Source: a virus. From it: a stretch of DNA of 64,000 nucleotides. The position numbers and the translations under genes are program-made. Of the stretch, positions 28,069 to 36,800 are shown one piece after another (positions within the stretch are counted from its first letter, which is position 1; every line of letters begins with the position of its first letter). A model generated the notes under the pieces. It searched no databases. It was not told the DNA's origin and saw only the letters and a program-made list of their open reading frames with translations. The stretch spans positions 96,001 to 160,000 of the IMG/VR virus record IMGVR_UViG_3300035681_000001; one strand, 5' to 3'.

Positions 28069-28608
28069 ATGTCTCGCACCAGCCGCGTCAACGGCCTACG
28101 CGACGGTCGTCGTGTGCCTAAAGCCCACCAGGGTTTTAGAAAGGTTCTGAGGGCCGAAGCCCTCAATCTGGATTTTCAGGTCCAGATTGAGGAGGATGGG
28201 ACAGATCACTCCTTTGAGGAGGATTGGACAGATCAGATGTACAACTGGGAGCAGTACAACTGGGAGCAGTACAAGTTATTAAACCGTGTCATTTATGACG
28301 ACGGTTTAGTAAAACTTGAGGTTGAAGCGTATATGCCTGTAAGGCAGTTATGCCTACACCTAAACTTAACTACGTGGTGGGGTAACCACTACGTAGGGAG
28401 GGATATTATTCCCCACTGCTCCATAAAAGGTGTAATCAAGGCTTTTAGAGCCTACGTTGAAGAGCTCAAGTGCAAAGAGGTAGAAATACCTTTTTGCATA
28501 TGTCCCTACGACGAAGACGGAAAAAGGGACTACCGAGTCTGTGTGTATCAGAAATTAGGGTTTGAAATAGACCCTGATGATCCAGATTTCCTAATCTTCT
28601 GGACTTGA
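28069..28608 (+). CDS. Hypothetical protein (cassette 5)
   Basis: GGAGG RBS. The C-terminal 'KRDYRVCVYQKLGF' is weakly reminiscent of a GNAT motif B. Confidence 0.7.
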   Translation: MSRTSRVNGLRDGRRVPKAHQGFRKVLRAEALNLDFQVQIEEDGTDHSFEEDWTDQMYNWEQYNWEQYKLLNRVIYDDGLVKLEVEAYMPVRQLCLHLNLTTWWGNHYVGRDIIPHCSIKGVIKAFRAYVEELKCKEVEIPFCICPYDEDGKRDYRVCVYQKLGFEIDPDDPDFLIFWT

Positions 28609-28614
28609 TTTTAT

Positions 28615-28638
28615 ACCCCCGGAAACGGGGGTTTTTTT
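28615..28638 (+). promoter_or_regulatory. Hairpin/T-tract element, copy 6
   Basis: ACCCCCG GAAA CGGGGG TTTTTTT, then AC GTAGGT-CTAGT-ACCTAC hairpin; ATG at 28672. Confidence 0.8.
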
Positions 28639-28671
28639 ACGTAGGTCTAGTACCTACACCACTAACAAACC

Positions 28672-28890
28672 ATGGCTATCTGCAAAACCTACTGGTCCCA
28701 AGTTTCTGCTTGGGCAGAAACCCTAATATGGAAGGGGGAGGTAAAGCTCCCTACTTCATATTCAGCTGCCTTGTTAAAGGCAGACCTGCTAGTTGCTTTA
28801 AAGCAATTAGCGGGCGAGAGCCCAGTTAAGTACCGCCTGCAAAGGCGGAGGGCGCCTTACCTGCACTTTGTGCTGGAAATAAGGCGGTAA
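28672..28890 (+). CDS. Small hypothetical protein (cassette 6)
   Basis: 72-aa ORF between elements 6 and 7. Confidence 0.65.
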   Translation: MAICKTYWSQVSAWAETLIWKGEVKLPTSYSAALLKADLLVALKQLAGESPVKYRLQRRRAPYLHFVLEIRR

Positions 28891-28899
28891 TCTAACTTT

Positions 28900-28937
28900 C
28901 CCCCGGAGGGTGCCCCTGCACTCCGGGGGCTTTTTTG
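28900..28937 (+). promoter_or_regulatory. Hairpin/T-tract/G element, copy 7
   Basis: CCCCCGGAG..CTCCGGGGG C TTTTTT G, then GTG-C-TTAGC AATTCA GCTAA-CAC. Confidence 0.8.
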
Positions 28938-28977
28938 TGCTTAGCAATTCAGCTAACACTTAAGCCCTCGGAGGGTC

Positions 28978-29073
28978 ATGGTCAAATCTACTTTCGGCAA
29001 CTTTATAGCCGTACGTCGCCGTGAGCGGCGTAAGAAGCTGTGGGCTACCTTTAAGAGGTGGTTGCGCAAGTAA
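28978..29073 (+). CDS. 31-aa basic peptide (cassette 7; below the ORF-track cutoff)
   Basis: GGAGG RBS; MVKSTFGNFIAVRRRERRKKLWATFKRWLRK*. Confidence 0.6.
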   Translation: MVKSTFGNFIAVRRRERRKKLWATFKRWLRK

Positions 29074-29081
29074 CTGCCTTT

Positions 29082-29103
29082 AACCCCTACGGGGGTTTTT
29101 TTG
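29082..29103 (+). promoter_or_regulatory. Hairpin/T-tract/G element, copy 8
   Basis: AACCCC TACG GGGG TTTTTTT G, then GTGGG..CCCAC GGAGG; ATG at 29134. Confidence 0.85.
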
Positions 29104-29133
29104 TGGGCTATCGTTAACACCCACGGAGGTAAC

Positions 29134-29400
29134 ATGTCGAGACTACAGCACCGCTTCGCAGCACGGGCTTACAACCTGTGCTGCGAGGCGGAAGCCTACG
29201 GTTTCGTCAATTCGGGCTGGTTACCACCGGCTCGACTTGACGACGACCACCTCCAGGTGTGGGTTGCAACGCTTTTAGGGCGCTGCAACCACTTAGCAGA
29301 GTTCTTGCTAAGGGCTACTCTGGTTTATCCAGAGGCAGCACACACCCTTAACCGGGTACGTCGGCTGGTCAAAGACTACCGACGTGGCCACTTAGGTTAA
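29134..29400 (+). CDS. Small hypothetical protein (cassette 8)
   Basis: GGAGG RBS; 88 aa. Confidence 0.7.
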   Translation: MSRLQHRFAARAYNLCCEAEAYGFVNSGWLPPARLDDDHLQVWVATLLGRCNHLAEFLLRATLVYPEAAHTLNRVRRLVKDYRRGHLG

Positions 29401-29402
29401 CT

Positions 29403-29428
29403 AAAACCCCCGTAAGGGGGTTTTTTTG
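29403..29428 (+). promoter_or_regulatory. Hairpin/T-tract/G element, copy 9
   Basis: AAAACCCCC GTAA GGGGG TTTTTTT G, then GTGGG..CCCAC; ATG at 29459. Confidence 0.85.
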
Positions 29429-29458
29429 TGGGCCTCGTTAACACCCACTAAGCTAACC

Positions 29459-29833
29459 ATGTTCAACCTATTCCGTGCCGTTGCCGCTGATGCCTCCACC
29501 CCCATGGAAGCAATTAGTGCGCAACAGCAGCAGGACACTGTTGCTACCGAGGTCGCGTTGAAAGACGCGACTAAGATCAAGCAACAGGCAATGCTGCTAC
29601 GCAACGCAGCTGCAGACGCAAAACGTCTGCGGTTAGAGTTGCGCAAAGCCGAAAGGGTACAGGCTGAAGCCTGTGCTGAATTAGTTGCTGCTGAGGCAGA
29701 GGTTCTGGCTCTTCTTGATAGAGGGTTGGATAATCTTACTTTGGAGCCCCAAGGGACTCCAGAACCACAGGTCCCAGAACCTCAGTTGCAATTTGTAGCT
29801 GAAGACTTTCCTGCCCCGCCTGCACTGCCTTAA
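29459..29833 (+). CDS. Coiled-coil protein, paralog A (cassette 9)
   Basis: Shares 'STPMEA..LKDA..KQA.LLRNAA.DAKRLR.EL.KA..VQAEACAELV.AE' with the next gene. Confidence 0.75.
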   Translation: MFNLFRAVAADASTPMEAISAQQQQDTVATEVALKDATKIKQQAMLLRNAAADAKRLRLELRKAERVQAEACAELVAAEAEVLALLDRGLDNLTLEPQGTPEPQVPEPQLQFVAEDFPAPPALP

Positions 29834-29847
29834 TTAAGTAATCAACT

Positions 29848-29874
29848 AAGCCCCCGGAAACGGGGGCTTTTTTG
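29848..29874 (+). promoter_or_regulatory. Hairpin/T-tract/G element, copy 10
   Basis: AAGCCCCCG GAAA CGGGGGC TTTTTT G, then GTGGG..CCCAC; ATG at 29905. Confidence 0.85.
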
Positions 29875-29904
29875 TGGGCTCCGTTAACACCCACTGAGCT
29901 AATC

Positions 29905-30282
29905 ATGTTCAACTTTCGTGCCCGTGCTGCCAAGCCTACTTCCACCCCCATGGAGGCAGTGCTTGCTCAGCAAGCGGCAGATGCTGCCGGTACTGAAGCC
30001 GCGTTGAAAGACGCGGTTTCAGTAAAGAAGCAGGCCGTGTTGCTTCGCAATGCGGCAGTAGACGCAAAACGTCTGCGGGTTGAGCTATTAAAGGCTCAAA
30101 AAGTGCAGGCTGAGGCTTGTGCTGAACTGGTCTTAGCAGAGCAAGAGGTATTTGATCTTCTTAACGGAGGGTTGGATGCTCTTACTCTGCAGCAACCAGA
30201 GCAGCCAATGCCAACGCCGCCTCCACTGCCAGTGATCCAACCACTAGCAGTGGAGGACTACTTCCCTCCTAAACTTAACTAA
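29905..30282 (+). CDS. Coiled-coil protein, paralog B (cassette 10)
   Basis: Paralog of 29459..29833. Confidence 0.75.
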   Translation: MFNFRARAAKPTSTPMEAVLAQQAADAAGTEAALKDAVSVKKQAVLLRNAAVDAKRLRVELLKAQKVQAEACAELVLAEQEVFDLLNGGLDALTLQQPEQPMPTPPPLPVIQPLAVEDYFPPKLN

Positions 30283-30294
30283 AATTAAGTAACT

Positions 30295-30319
30295 AAGCCC
30301 CTTAACGGGGGCTTTTTTG
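30295..30319 (+). promoter_or_regulatory. Hairpin/T-tract/G element, copy 11
   Basis: AAGCCCCT TAAC GGGGGC TTTTTT G, followed by a structured non-coding unit instead of an ORF. Confidence 0.8.
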
Positions 30320-30430
30320 TAAGCTTTAGCTTAACCAATAAGAGCCGTTGCTCTGGCTGTGTATCGCACAGGTTGGTTAAGTTAAAGCTGCACCCCCTAA
30401 ACGTGCTAGCACATACGGGGGAAACTACTA
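30319..30430 (+). ncRNA. Candidate structured small RNA (three-way junction plus 3' hairpin) occupying cassette 11
   Basis: AGCTTTAGCTTAACCAA (30322) pairs with TTGGTTAAGTTAAAGCT (to 30389; one G-U pair), enclosing AGAGC-CGTT-GCTCT and CTGTG-TATCG-CACAG. A CCCCC..GTGCTAGCAC..GGGGG hairpin follows. Confidence 0.55.
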
Positions 30431-30471
30431 CTACTTATTAGTACACGGGGGCAAGTTTATAACCTTAACGT

Positions 30472-30496
30472 ACATCCGGAAACGGGGGTTTTTTTG
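30472..30496 (+). promoter_or_regulatory. Hairpin/T-tract/G element, copy 12 (weakened left arm)
   Basis: ACATCCG GAAA CGGGGG TTTTTTT G, then CCTGGC AATTCA GCTAGG; ATG at 30527. Confidence 0.75.
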
Positions 30497-30526
30497 TCCT
30501 GGCAATTCAGCTAGGCGTTAACACCC

Positions 30527-32368
30527 ATGGTTAAAATGACCCGCACCCGCCGCCAAGCAACTGCAGCTAAGGCTGCACGCATCAAAGCCTCCCAAGTTAA
30601 AAGTGCACGTCGTGCACTCCAGTTGCAATTTGACTACTACAACTTTGAATTAGTAACTGCAGGCAAAGCTGCGGTTGCATGGAACGAATCTGGAAAAGCT
30701 ACACCTATAAAATTTGTTACCGGTACCGGTACCAGCCAAGCTTCTGGTTGGTACCAAGAAGCTTGTACCAAAGCTGCTGCGGTAGCAGCGGAAGCTGTTG
30801 CTAGAACAGCACGTAAAACTGAACAAGCGGCACGTGCTCCTTGGGAGCAGCTTTGGGTGCTGCTTAAAGCTCAATATGGGCTGCAATTCAGTATTACTGC
30901 TGCTGAGTGGGAATCCCGGCAGTTAGATGCTGCTAAAGCTAAAGCTTTAGGACTTAGGTCTCCTAAACTTTCAAAAGCCCTAGTAGCTTTAGGGGTACCT
31001 ACCTCAGAAGTCTCCTTATTGTTAGGAGCTACTAAAACGGCGGTAACAGCTGCCGCAACTAACACAGACACTTGGGTGTCTAGTGATCTTAAAGACCTGT
31101 GGGATCAAGGCAATTCTAAACACTACTCAAGCTGTCAAGCTACTGACAGCCGTGCGGCTTGGGGTGGTGATACAAATTGGTGTGACATAGCTGCAGAAAC
31201 TAAGCACCTAGGTCAGCACCTGTTCTTATGGCTAATAGGCCAGAGGATGTCCATAGATGGCACCGGTTTTACGGCACGTGCTAAATTACGCGTGCTGTAT
31301 TATGACGAGGAGGCTACCGAGATAGCTGGTCTTTACATAGACCGCCCTTACGGAGCAGCGAGTACGTTAAAAGCTGGGTTAGCTCAGCTAGCTGAGTGGT
31401 GGGCTACTCGCAGCCACACTCCTATCTTTATGCCCACTACGTGGGAACGCCGAGACGGTGCCGGCAATGACTTTCAGTACCAATATGGTGGGCTACACGA
31501 GGAAAAACTATATTCACCCTCATCAACCTCAGGCTACCAGGACACCTGCACGCAGGGTGCCGGACCTTACGACTTTATGGTGCCAGTAGCACAACACGGC
31601 AGCCTTATACGGCGTGCTTTTACCGCACGTCCCAAAGAAGGTAACGTGTACCTACTGCCCCTAGCAGCAGTTAAGTACAACCCTCAAACTGATAAGTTTA
31701 CGGTACCTAAAGTGGCTACTAGGTCAGCACGGAGGCCTATTACGGAATCCTACCGCTATGTACGTAGTTTAGCTGTCAGCCTTGGGCTAACCGACTTTAA
31801 ATATGTTGGACAACAAGGAGTCGGCTATGGCACTCCTACCACTATTTACCAAGCAGGTAGTTATAAGTTTTTCGTCAACAAGAACTTAATACAACTAACT
31901 GATGACATGGGCCACACTACATACTGTGAGTGGGAAGAAGGAAGGCTGACAGTAAAAGAAGGTAATGTAGAATTAGGCTTAGTAATATCACAATCCTTAC
32001 CTTACGATTATAACGCTTCAGAGCGGTCCTTAACGGTATCAGCAGAAGAGTATTGGTGTCCAGATGTAGTCCGGGACTATGGATTTATGAAAGCTGAAGA
32101 ACTACCTTATACGCACGATAGTAAAGAACTTAGAGTGGTATCAGAGACTGGGGATTTTGAACTAGCAATAGAGCTACAGTACACCTGTAGTCCTGGACTA
32201 CTAGTAGTAGTACACGAGCCCATAGGATGGTATAAAGCAGTGGCTTTAGATAAAAGTAATATATCAGCTAATGTAGGTCACGTCTACATTAAAGACCACG
32301 AAGATTTTCTAGTGTATCATAAGCTTTTATGGGCAGAAAAGGATATTTTGTGGTGGAACTATAGATAG
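30527..32368 (+). CDS. Large hypothetical early protein (613 aa)
   Basis: Basic N-terminus; central 'SSDLKDLWDQGNSKHYSSCQ' and 'KLRVLY..YIDRPYG'. Function not assigned. Confidence 0.75.
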   Translation: MVKMTRTRRQATAAKAARIKASQVKSARRALQLQFDYYNFELVTAGKAAVAWNESGKATPIKFVTGTGTSQASGWYQEACTKAAAVAAEAVARTARKTEQAARAPWEQLWVLLKAQYGLQFSITAAEWESRQLDAAKAKALGLRSPKLSKALVALGVPTSEVSLLLGATKTAVTAAATNTDTWVSSDLKDLWDQGNSKHYSSCQATDSRAAWGGDTNWCDIAAETKHLGQHLFLWLIGQRMSIDGTGFTARAKLRVLYYDEEATEIAGLYIDRPYGAASTLKAGLAQLAEWWATRSHTPIFMPTTWERRDGAGNDFQYQYGGLHEEKLYSPSSTSGYQDTCTQGAGPYDFMVPVAQHGSLIRRAFTARPKEGNVYLLPLAAVKYNPQTDKFTVPKVATRSARRPITESYRYVRSLAVSLGLTDFKYVGQQGVGYGTPTTIYQAGSYKFFVNKNLIQLTDDMGHTTYCEWEEGRLTVKEGNVELGLVISQSLPYDYNASERSLTVSAEEYWCPDVVRDYGFMKAEELPYTHDSKELRVVSETGDFELAIELQYTCSPGLLVVVHEPIGWYKAVALDKSNISANVGHVYIKDHEDFLVYHKLLWAEKDILWWNYR

Positions 32369-32389
32369 AAATTCTAAGTTAGCTTTACC

Positions 32390-32417
32390 AGCCCCCTCTT
32401 AGGAGGGGGCTTTTTTG
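32390..32417 (+). promoter_or_regulatory. Hairpin/T-tract/G element, copy 13
   Basis: AGCCCCCTC TTAG GAGGGGGC TTTTTT G, then GTCTTAGC AATTCA GCTAGGAT. Confidence 0.85.
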
Positions 32418-32454
32418 TCTTAGCAATTCAGCTAGGATTTTCGCCTCGCAAAAC

Positions 32455-33030
32455 ATGTTCGAGACTACTCGCATTGAACAGCTTGTAAAGAGCACAGACT
32501 ACCGCTTTTACATTCAGGACCACCACAACGTTTTGGTGTGGTGCTTGGGGCAAGGAGAAGACTCAGATACTAGTTACGGTGGTGAGTCTTTAGAGTCTGC
32601 CTTAGAATGCTATAACGCTAGTTTAAAAGCTGAATGGCAACCTACCCAAGCTCTTAGCTTGCTGGCCAGCGACGTACAGCTGGTACGAATGGATTTACCA
32701 ATAAACACAGCGTATCAATCGGAGATAGATTTTCTCCTAAACCTGGAGAGTATAATAGGTACTGAGATGATGAAGGAAGATAATGAACCTGCGGCTGCTT
32801 TTAAGAAAACTCATCGTATTGAAGCTGCCGCTGTCGCGTTGCAAAGAGGTAAAGTTGTAAGGGTCCGCAAAGGAGACTTAGGTTCAAAAGTAGGTACAGA
32901 ATTACAAAGACTTAAAGTAGAAATTGAGAGGCTCCTTGTTAACAATGAGTCAAGTAACGTTGAAGATAAATGGAGGCTAAGCATAGCTCCTAGCCAAGGT
33001 GATTATCTATTGAGAGCCCGCCGCGTTTGA
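32455..33030 (+). CDS. Hypothetical protein (cassette 13)
   Basis: 191-aa ORF between elements 13 and 14. Confidence 0.7.
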   Translation: MFETTRIEQLVKSTDYRFYIQDHHNVLVWCLGQGEDSDTSYGGESLESALECYNASLKAEWQPTQALSLLASDVQLVRMDLPINTAYQSEIDFLLNLESIIGTEMMKEDNEPAAAFKKTHRIEAAAVALQRGKVVRVRKGDLGSKVGTELQRLKVEIERLLVNNESSNVEDKWRLSIAPSQGDYLLRARRV

Positions 33031-33041
33031 GTAGTTAAATT

Positions 33042-33068
33042 AAGCCCCCTTAACCGGGGGCTTTTTTG
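33042..33068 (+). promoter_or_regulatory. Hairpin/T-tract/G element, copy 14
   Basis: AAGCCCCC TTAACC GGGGGC TTTTTT G, then GTGC-TTCG-GCAT. Confidence 0.85.
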
Positions 33069-33125
33069 TGCTTCGGCATAGTGGTACCTAGCGCACTATA
33101 AAATGCTGGGTTTGCCTCAAAAAAA

Positions 33126-33653
33126 ATGAGCTCCACTAAAGATGCAGTCAAAGCCACCATTAAGTGGTTGGTTACAGAAACACCCAACCAGCCCCCGTGC
33201 TGGGTTAGGGCCACAGCCGCAGTAGTAGCACTGTTGGCTACTTACGGCATTTTAGCTTATGAGTTTATTGCTGAAGTCTGGTCCTTAGGAGTAGAAGGCT
33301 TATATGACCTAAACGATATACTGGCCGAACATTGGGTTAGCTGGTGGTGCCCTGGTTACGTAAAAGCAATAGAAACTCCAGTAAAACCTACGGTTGAGGT
33401 TACTACTAAATTTGTGGTAAAAGCTGTGGTAAAAGCTATAGAAACCGTAGTAGTAAGTGAAGTAAGTGAAGTAAGTGAAGTAAGTGAAGTAGCTACAGTA
33501 GAAACCAAGTTAGCTGAAGTAGCTGAAGTAGCTGAAGTCAAGGCAACAGCTCCCGCACCTACTGAAATCTTAGGAGAAATGGTAGATATTTTTAGTGTGA
33601 GTGCTACGCCTAACCGGGCTACTCGCCGCCGCCGCAGCCGCACCACTAAGTAA
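33126..33653 (+). CDS. Membrane-anchored low-complexity protein
   Basis: One hydrophobic segment; (VSE)4 and (AEV)3 repeats encoded by 9-nt tandem repeats; Arg-rich tail. Confidence 0.65.
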   Translation: MSSTKDAVKATIKWLVTETPNQPPCWVRATAAVVALLATYGILAYEFIAEVWSLGVEGLYDLNDILAEHWVSWWCPGYVKAIETPVKPTVEVTTKFVVKAVVKAIETVVVSEVSEVSEVSEVATVETKLAEVAEVAEVKATAPAPTEILGEMVDIFSVSATPNRATRRRRSRTTK

Positions 33654-33830
33654 TCTCTCAGCGCCGGCCGGACAGGCGCTATACAAATTAGATCACACCT
33701 ACTAGTAGGGCCGGCAGCTGTGTTAAGGGACTATGAAATGAGTTACCTAGACAGTCCAGCTACAAGTCTTGCACGTGCTAGTGCAAGACTTGAAACACTC
33801 ACCCAACCCCCTCAACTCACCAACCCCCTC

Positions 33831-36800
33831 ATGAACACCGCCACCACAGCAAAAAACAAAGAAAACCAAAAAGGTAACGAAAAGACCATGCCCCAAGTGG
33901 TATTCAAGTTCTACCACCACGAGGTTAATCCAGAAGCCACCAAAGTGGCAATTCTGGCGCCAGGCCATGCTGCTGGTCCGGTGAACGCTAATGTGCCAGT
34001 TAACTTTGATACCGGCCACCTGGACAAGGCATGGGATACCATGAACCTACAAGGGGTCAACCGCCGTATTGACTGGCAAGGTACTCGCCTGGGTGCTGGA
34101 TCTGCTCAGTTCCGCGAAACTGACGGTAGTTTTAGTCCGGTAGTGTGGTCCTCGACACCCCGCACACGTAACTTGCGTGCGCCGGTGCAACTACTGTTGG
34201 CAACTTTAGTGGGAGGTCAACCTGATTGGGTAACGGGTGCGGTACCTTCTGGAAACGATGCTGCTATTCGGCAGCACGTAGCGGCAGCTATAGCTGCAGG
34301 TAAGTCACATGACTACTCGCAACACGGCTTCAGTTTGGAAGCCTACGTGTCTTTGAGTGAGATCCTAGCTCAACCTGGAGCTATACACCCTGTAACTGGA
34401 GCACCTACCGGGCGGCATTGGTTTGGTGTAATAGGTCAAGTTTACTCCATGGATACTTGTACCACTGGCGGTGCAGTACAAACGCGCTACAACTGTAGTG
34501 CATTTGATTTGTATTACTTGCCAGAGCCTGAATTCGGGCACAGTTCTTTAACACCACTCGACCCTTACGGTAAGTTAAATTTGTACGAGTCTTTGACTTA
34601 CGTACCCGAAGCCAAGGTGCTGCCCACTACTACGGTGGTGCTGCCTGCCGTACCTACGGCAGTACCTACTGCCGTACCTACTGCCGTAGGTAGTACCACA
34701 GTGTCAACTGCTGACACGCGTCGGTACTGGAATAGCTTTGGTATTCACGGTCTGCAGGTGCAGGAAATAACAGTAGATTCAGTAGTCCACGACTTTGATC
34801 TGATCAATAATTTTGAGGGCTGGAGTGAAATCCAATCTTTATTCCGTCTAGACGGCAGCGCGGCAGCTGCTGCAGTAACCGTTGCTGATGCAGCGCGGTA
34901 TTGGGTGTCCAAGAAGATGTATGGGAGTTACCAAAAAATAGGCGACCTAGCAGCCTACGAATGGACTGTTGCAGACTTGAAAGACTTGATCGAAATCATT
35001 GTAAAAGTGGGTACCAGCCGTGGCCTTGACGCTGACCACTTACCCTGTTGGTCTGGTGAGATGCTGCAGTTTGGGGCCGGCGGTCCTGCCTTTAAGGTGC
35101 TAGATAAGCGTATATATGACTACCGTGGGCGGTTGTTGCAAAACGTAGTAGAGCTAAAGGTTAGCTCCCACGTAAACGAATCAGGTCGGATGGAGTATAC
35201 CCTAGATGGTCTCCAGCAGGTCTCCAGTGCTACCCAGCTGCTTAAGTTGGTGTATTTCGGCTACTTGCCGCTATTAGCTCAGTCCATTACACAAGTAATG
35301 GACGCACTACCTGCAAACTTTAGTGAGTTTTGTAGGAATGCCTGGGTAGGAGCTAACCTAGTTAGTTGGTCGAAAGACCAAGTACTAGAACAAAACTCCG
35401 CCGCACGGCTGCGGATGGATAACTGCTATCCGATGACTATACGTCAGCCATATAGCCCGTTGAGCGGATCCTATTGGGTTCGCCTTAACGAAGACGGCCG
35501 CTTTGCGGCTAACTTAGTTAGCCACTACGAGAAACAAATCCGGTACTCCTCCAAAGAGTGTTCGGATTTGTTTAAAGAAGCCATTCGAGTAGCTTACCGT
35601 GAAGGTGGTCTAGACTACCGCTTTGACAAAAAGCTGTTAGTTGGTGGTGGCTTAGGTGCTGTAAACTGCCGGCTGTTGGCAGCTAATGACCCTGCAGCTT
35701 TTGCTGCTTTGCAGGCTAAGTTTGGGGTTACTGAGAGCTCAGTGCTATCTGGCACCCTGAAACTAGCTAAGGGTCTAAAGCGGCTGTTTTTGTCAATGGC
35801 ACAATCAGTGCCTGTCAAAGGTGCACTCCCAGCTGGGTTCTTGTTTAGAGGCCAAGAGTCTCCTGTGGAAGGGTTTTTGGCAGCAGTAGCATTAGCACCT
35901 ACTGTGGTGTTTACACCCGGTATGTCTGCCAGCGTAGGTGCTAAACCTGTAGCTGAAGTACGTAAGACCGTTAGGAATTACGTATTGCACTCTTTTGGCA
36001 CTGAACCTGAGTTCTTGATGGGCTTAGGGTGTGCTATCAAGCCTAACAACGTAGTTACTGAAACTACGCTGGGGATCACCCGTTATACGCTGGTAAGACC
36101 CACACCCATCAAGCCTAATGATTTACTGATACAAGTCGCTAACCCTAGTGGCTCAGTAAATGATGTAGTAAACACCTCTACATTTGAGGGTGATCTACAG
36201 TGGCTGGAATGGCAAGTCGTTCCTAGTATGCTGCCAGGGCAGACAGAGCTTAAACTCAGTTGGGAATTCCTAACTTACGAGAGCGATATGAAAGCTCGCT
36301 CGATTGCTAAAGCGCTGCTGGTAGACGTTAATCCAGACGTAATATTCGCTCATAATAAAGACCTAGGTGATGTAGACATCATCCACTTCCAAGACTCTTT
36401 GAAGGTGGATTTGTGGTGGTCTTACCTGATGTGTGCTGGGACTACCTTACGTTACAACTGGGATAAGCCTGAAGTAGCAGAACTCCGCCGGTTGGCGGTA
36501 GCCATTAACTCTAGGTTTGGGTTTGCAGCCTTTCAAGGCATACTAATAGACCCCGTGCATATAGCACTAGGTCACTACGACGCGTTCCAAGCTGAGTTCC
36601 GTAGGCTTTTCAGTCGGCCATTGTGGTTTAAGTTCGCTCAACTAGCCGAGTTCGGGCGTTTGTTATATGACATGCACCAGTCAGACCAATACGAACGGGT
36701 GGACTTGGGTGACGGTTACGAAAGTTACGTCACTAAAGGTGCTGACCCTAACGCACCAGACACCAACATCACCTCTTTTGTGGTGGAGTCCGGTACCGTC

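Noticed and set aside
27140-29905. Shared N-terminal peptide MWA(S/L)YYTHG / MWAxxxT in several track ORFs, read as a conserved signal
   Set aside because: It is the translation of the non-coding element from a TTG or GTG within or next to the T-tract. The true ATGs lie 30-33 nt downstream, behind GGAG(G) where present.
30322-30389. Hammerhead ribozyme or tRNA for the three-way junction
   Set aside because: It lacks the CUGAUGA and GAAA core nucleotides, a TTC T-loop and a cloverleaf.
27109-33068. CRISPR array or mini-array interpretation of the recurring repeats
   Set aside because: Inter-repeat distances range from about 130 to 1900 nt and contain intact ORFs with RBS. The repeats vary in loop sequence, and no cas genes are in the window.
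27109-33068. Integron attC cassettes
   Set aside because: No RYYYAAC/GTTRRRY box pairs flanking a long imperfect stem, and no integrase in the window. The elements look like GC stem plus T-tract.
33720-33830. Track start at 33720 for the 2319-aa ORF
   Set aside because: It is a GTG start with no RBS, and the interval holds a 12-bp perfect hairpin and a C/A leader that fits ATG 33831 or 33888 better.
33450-34690. 9- and 12-nt tandem repeats (GTAAGTGAA, GCTGAAGTA, CTGCCGTACCTA) as regulatory arrays
   Set aside because: They are in-frame and encode low-complexity linkers (VSE, AEV, AVPT).
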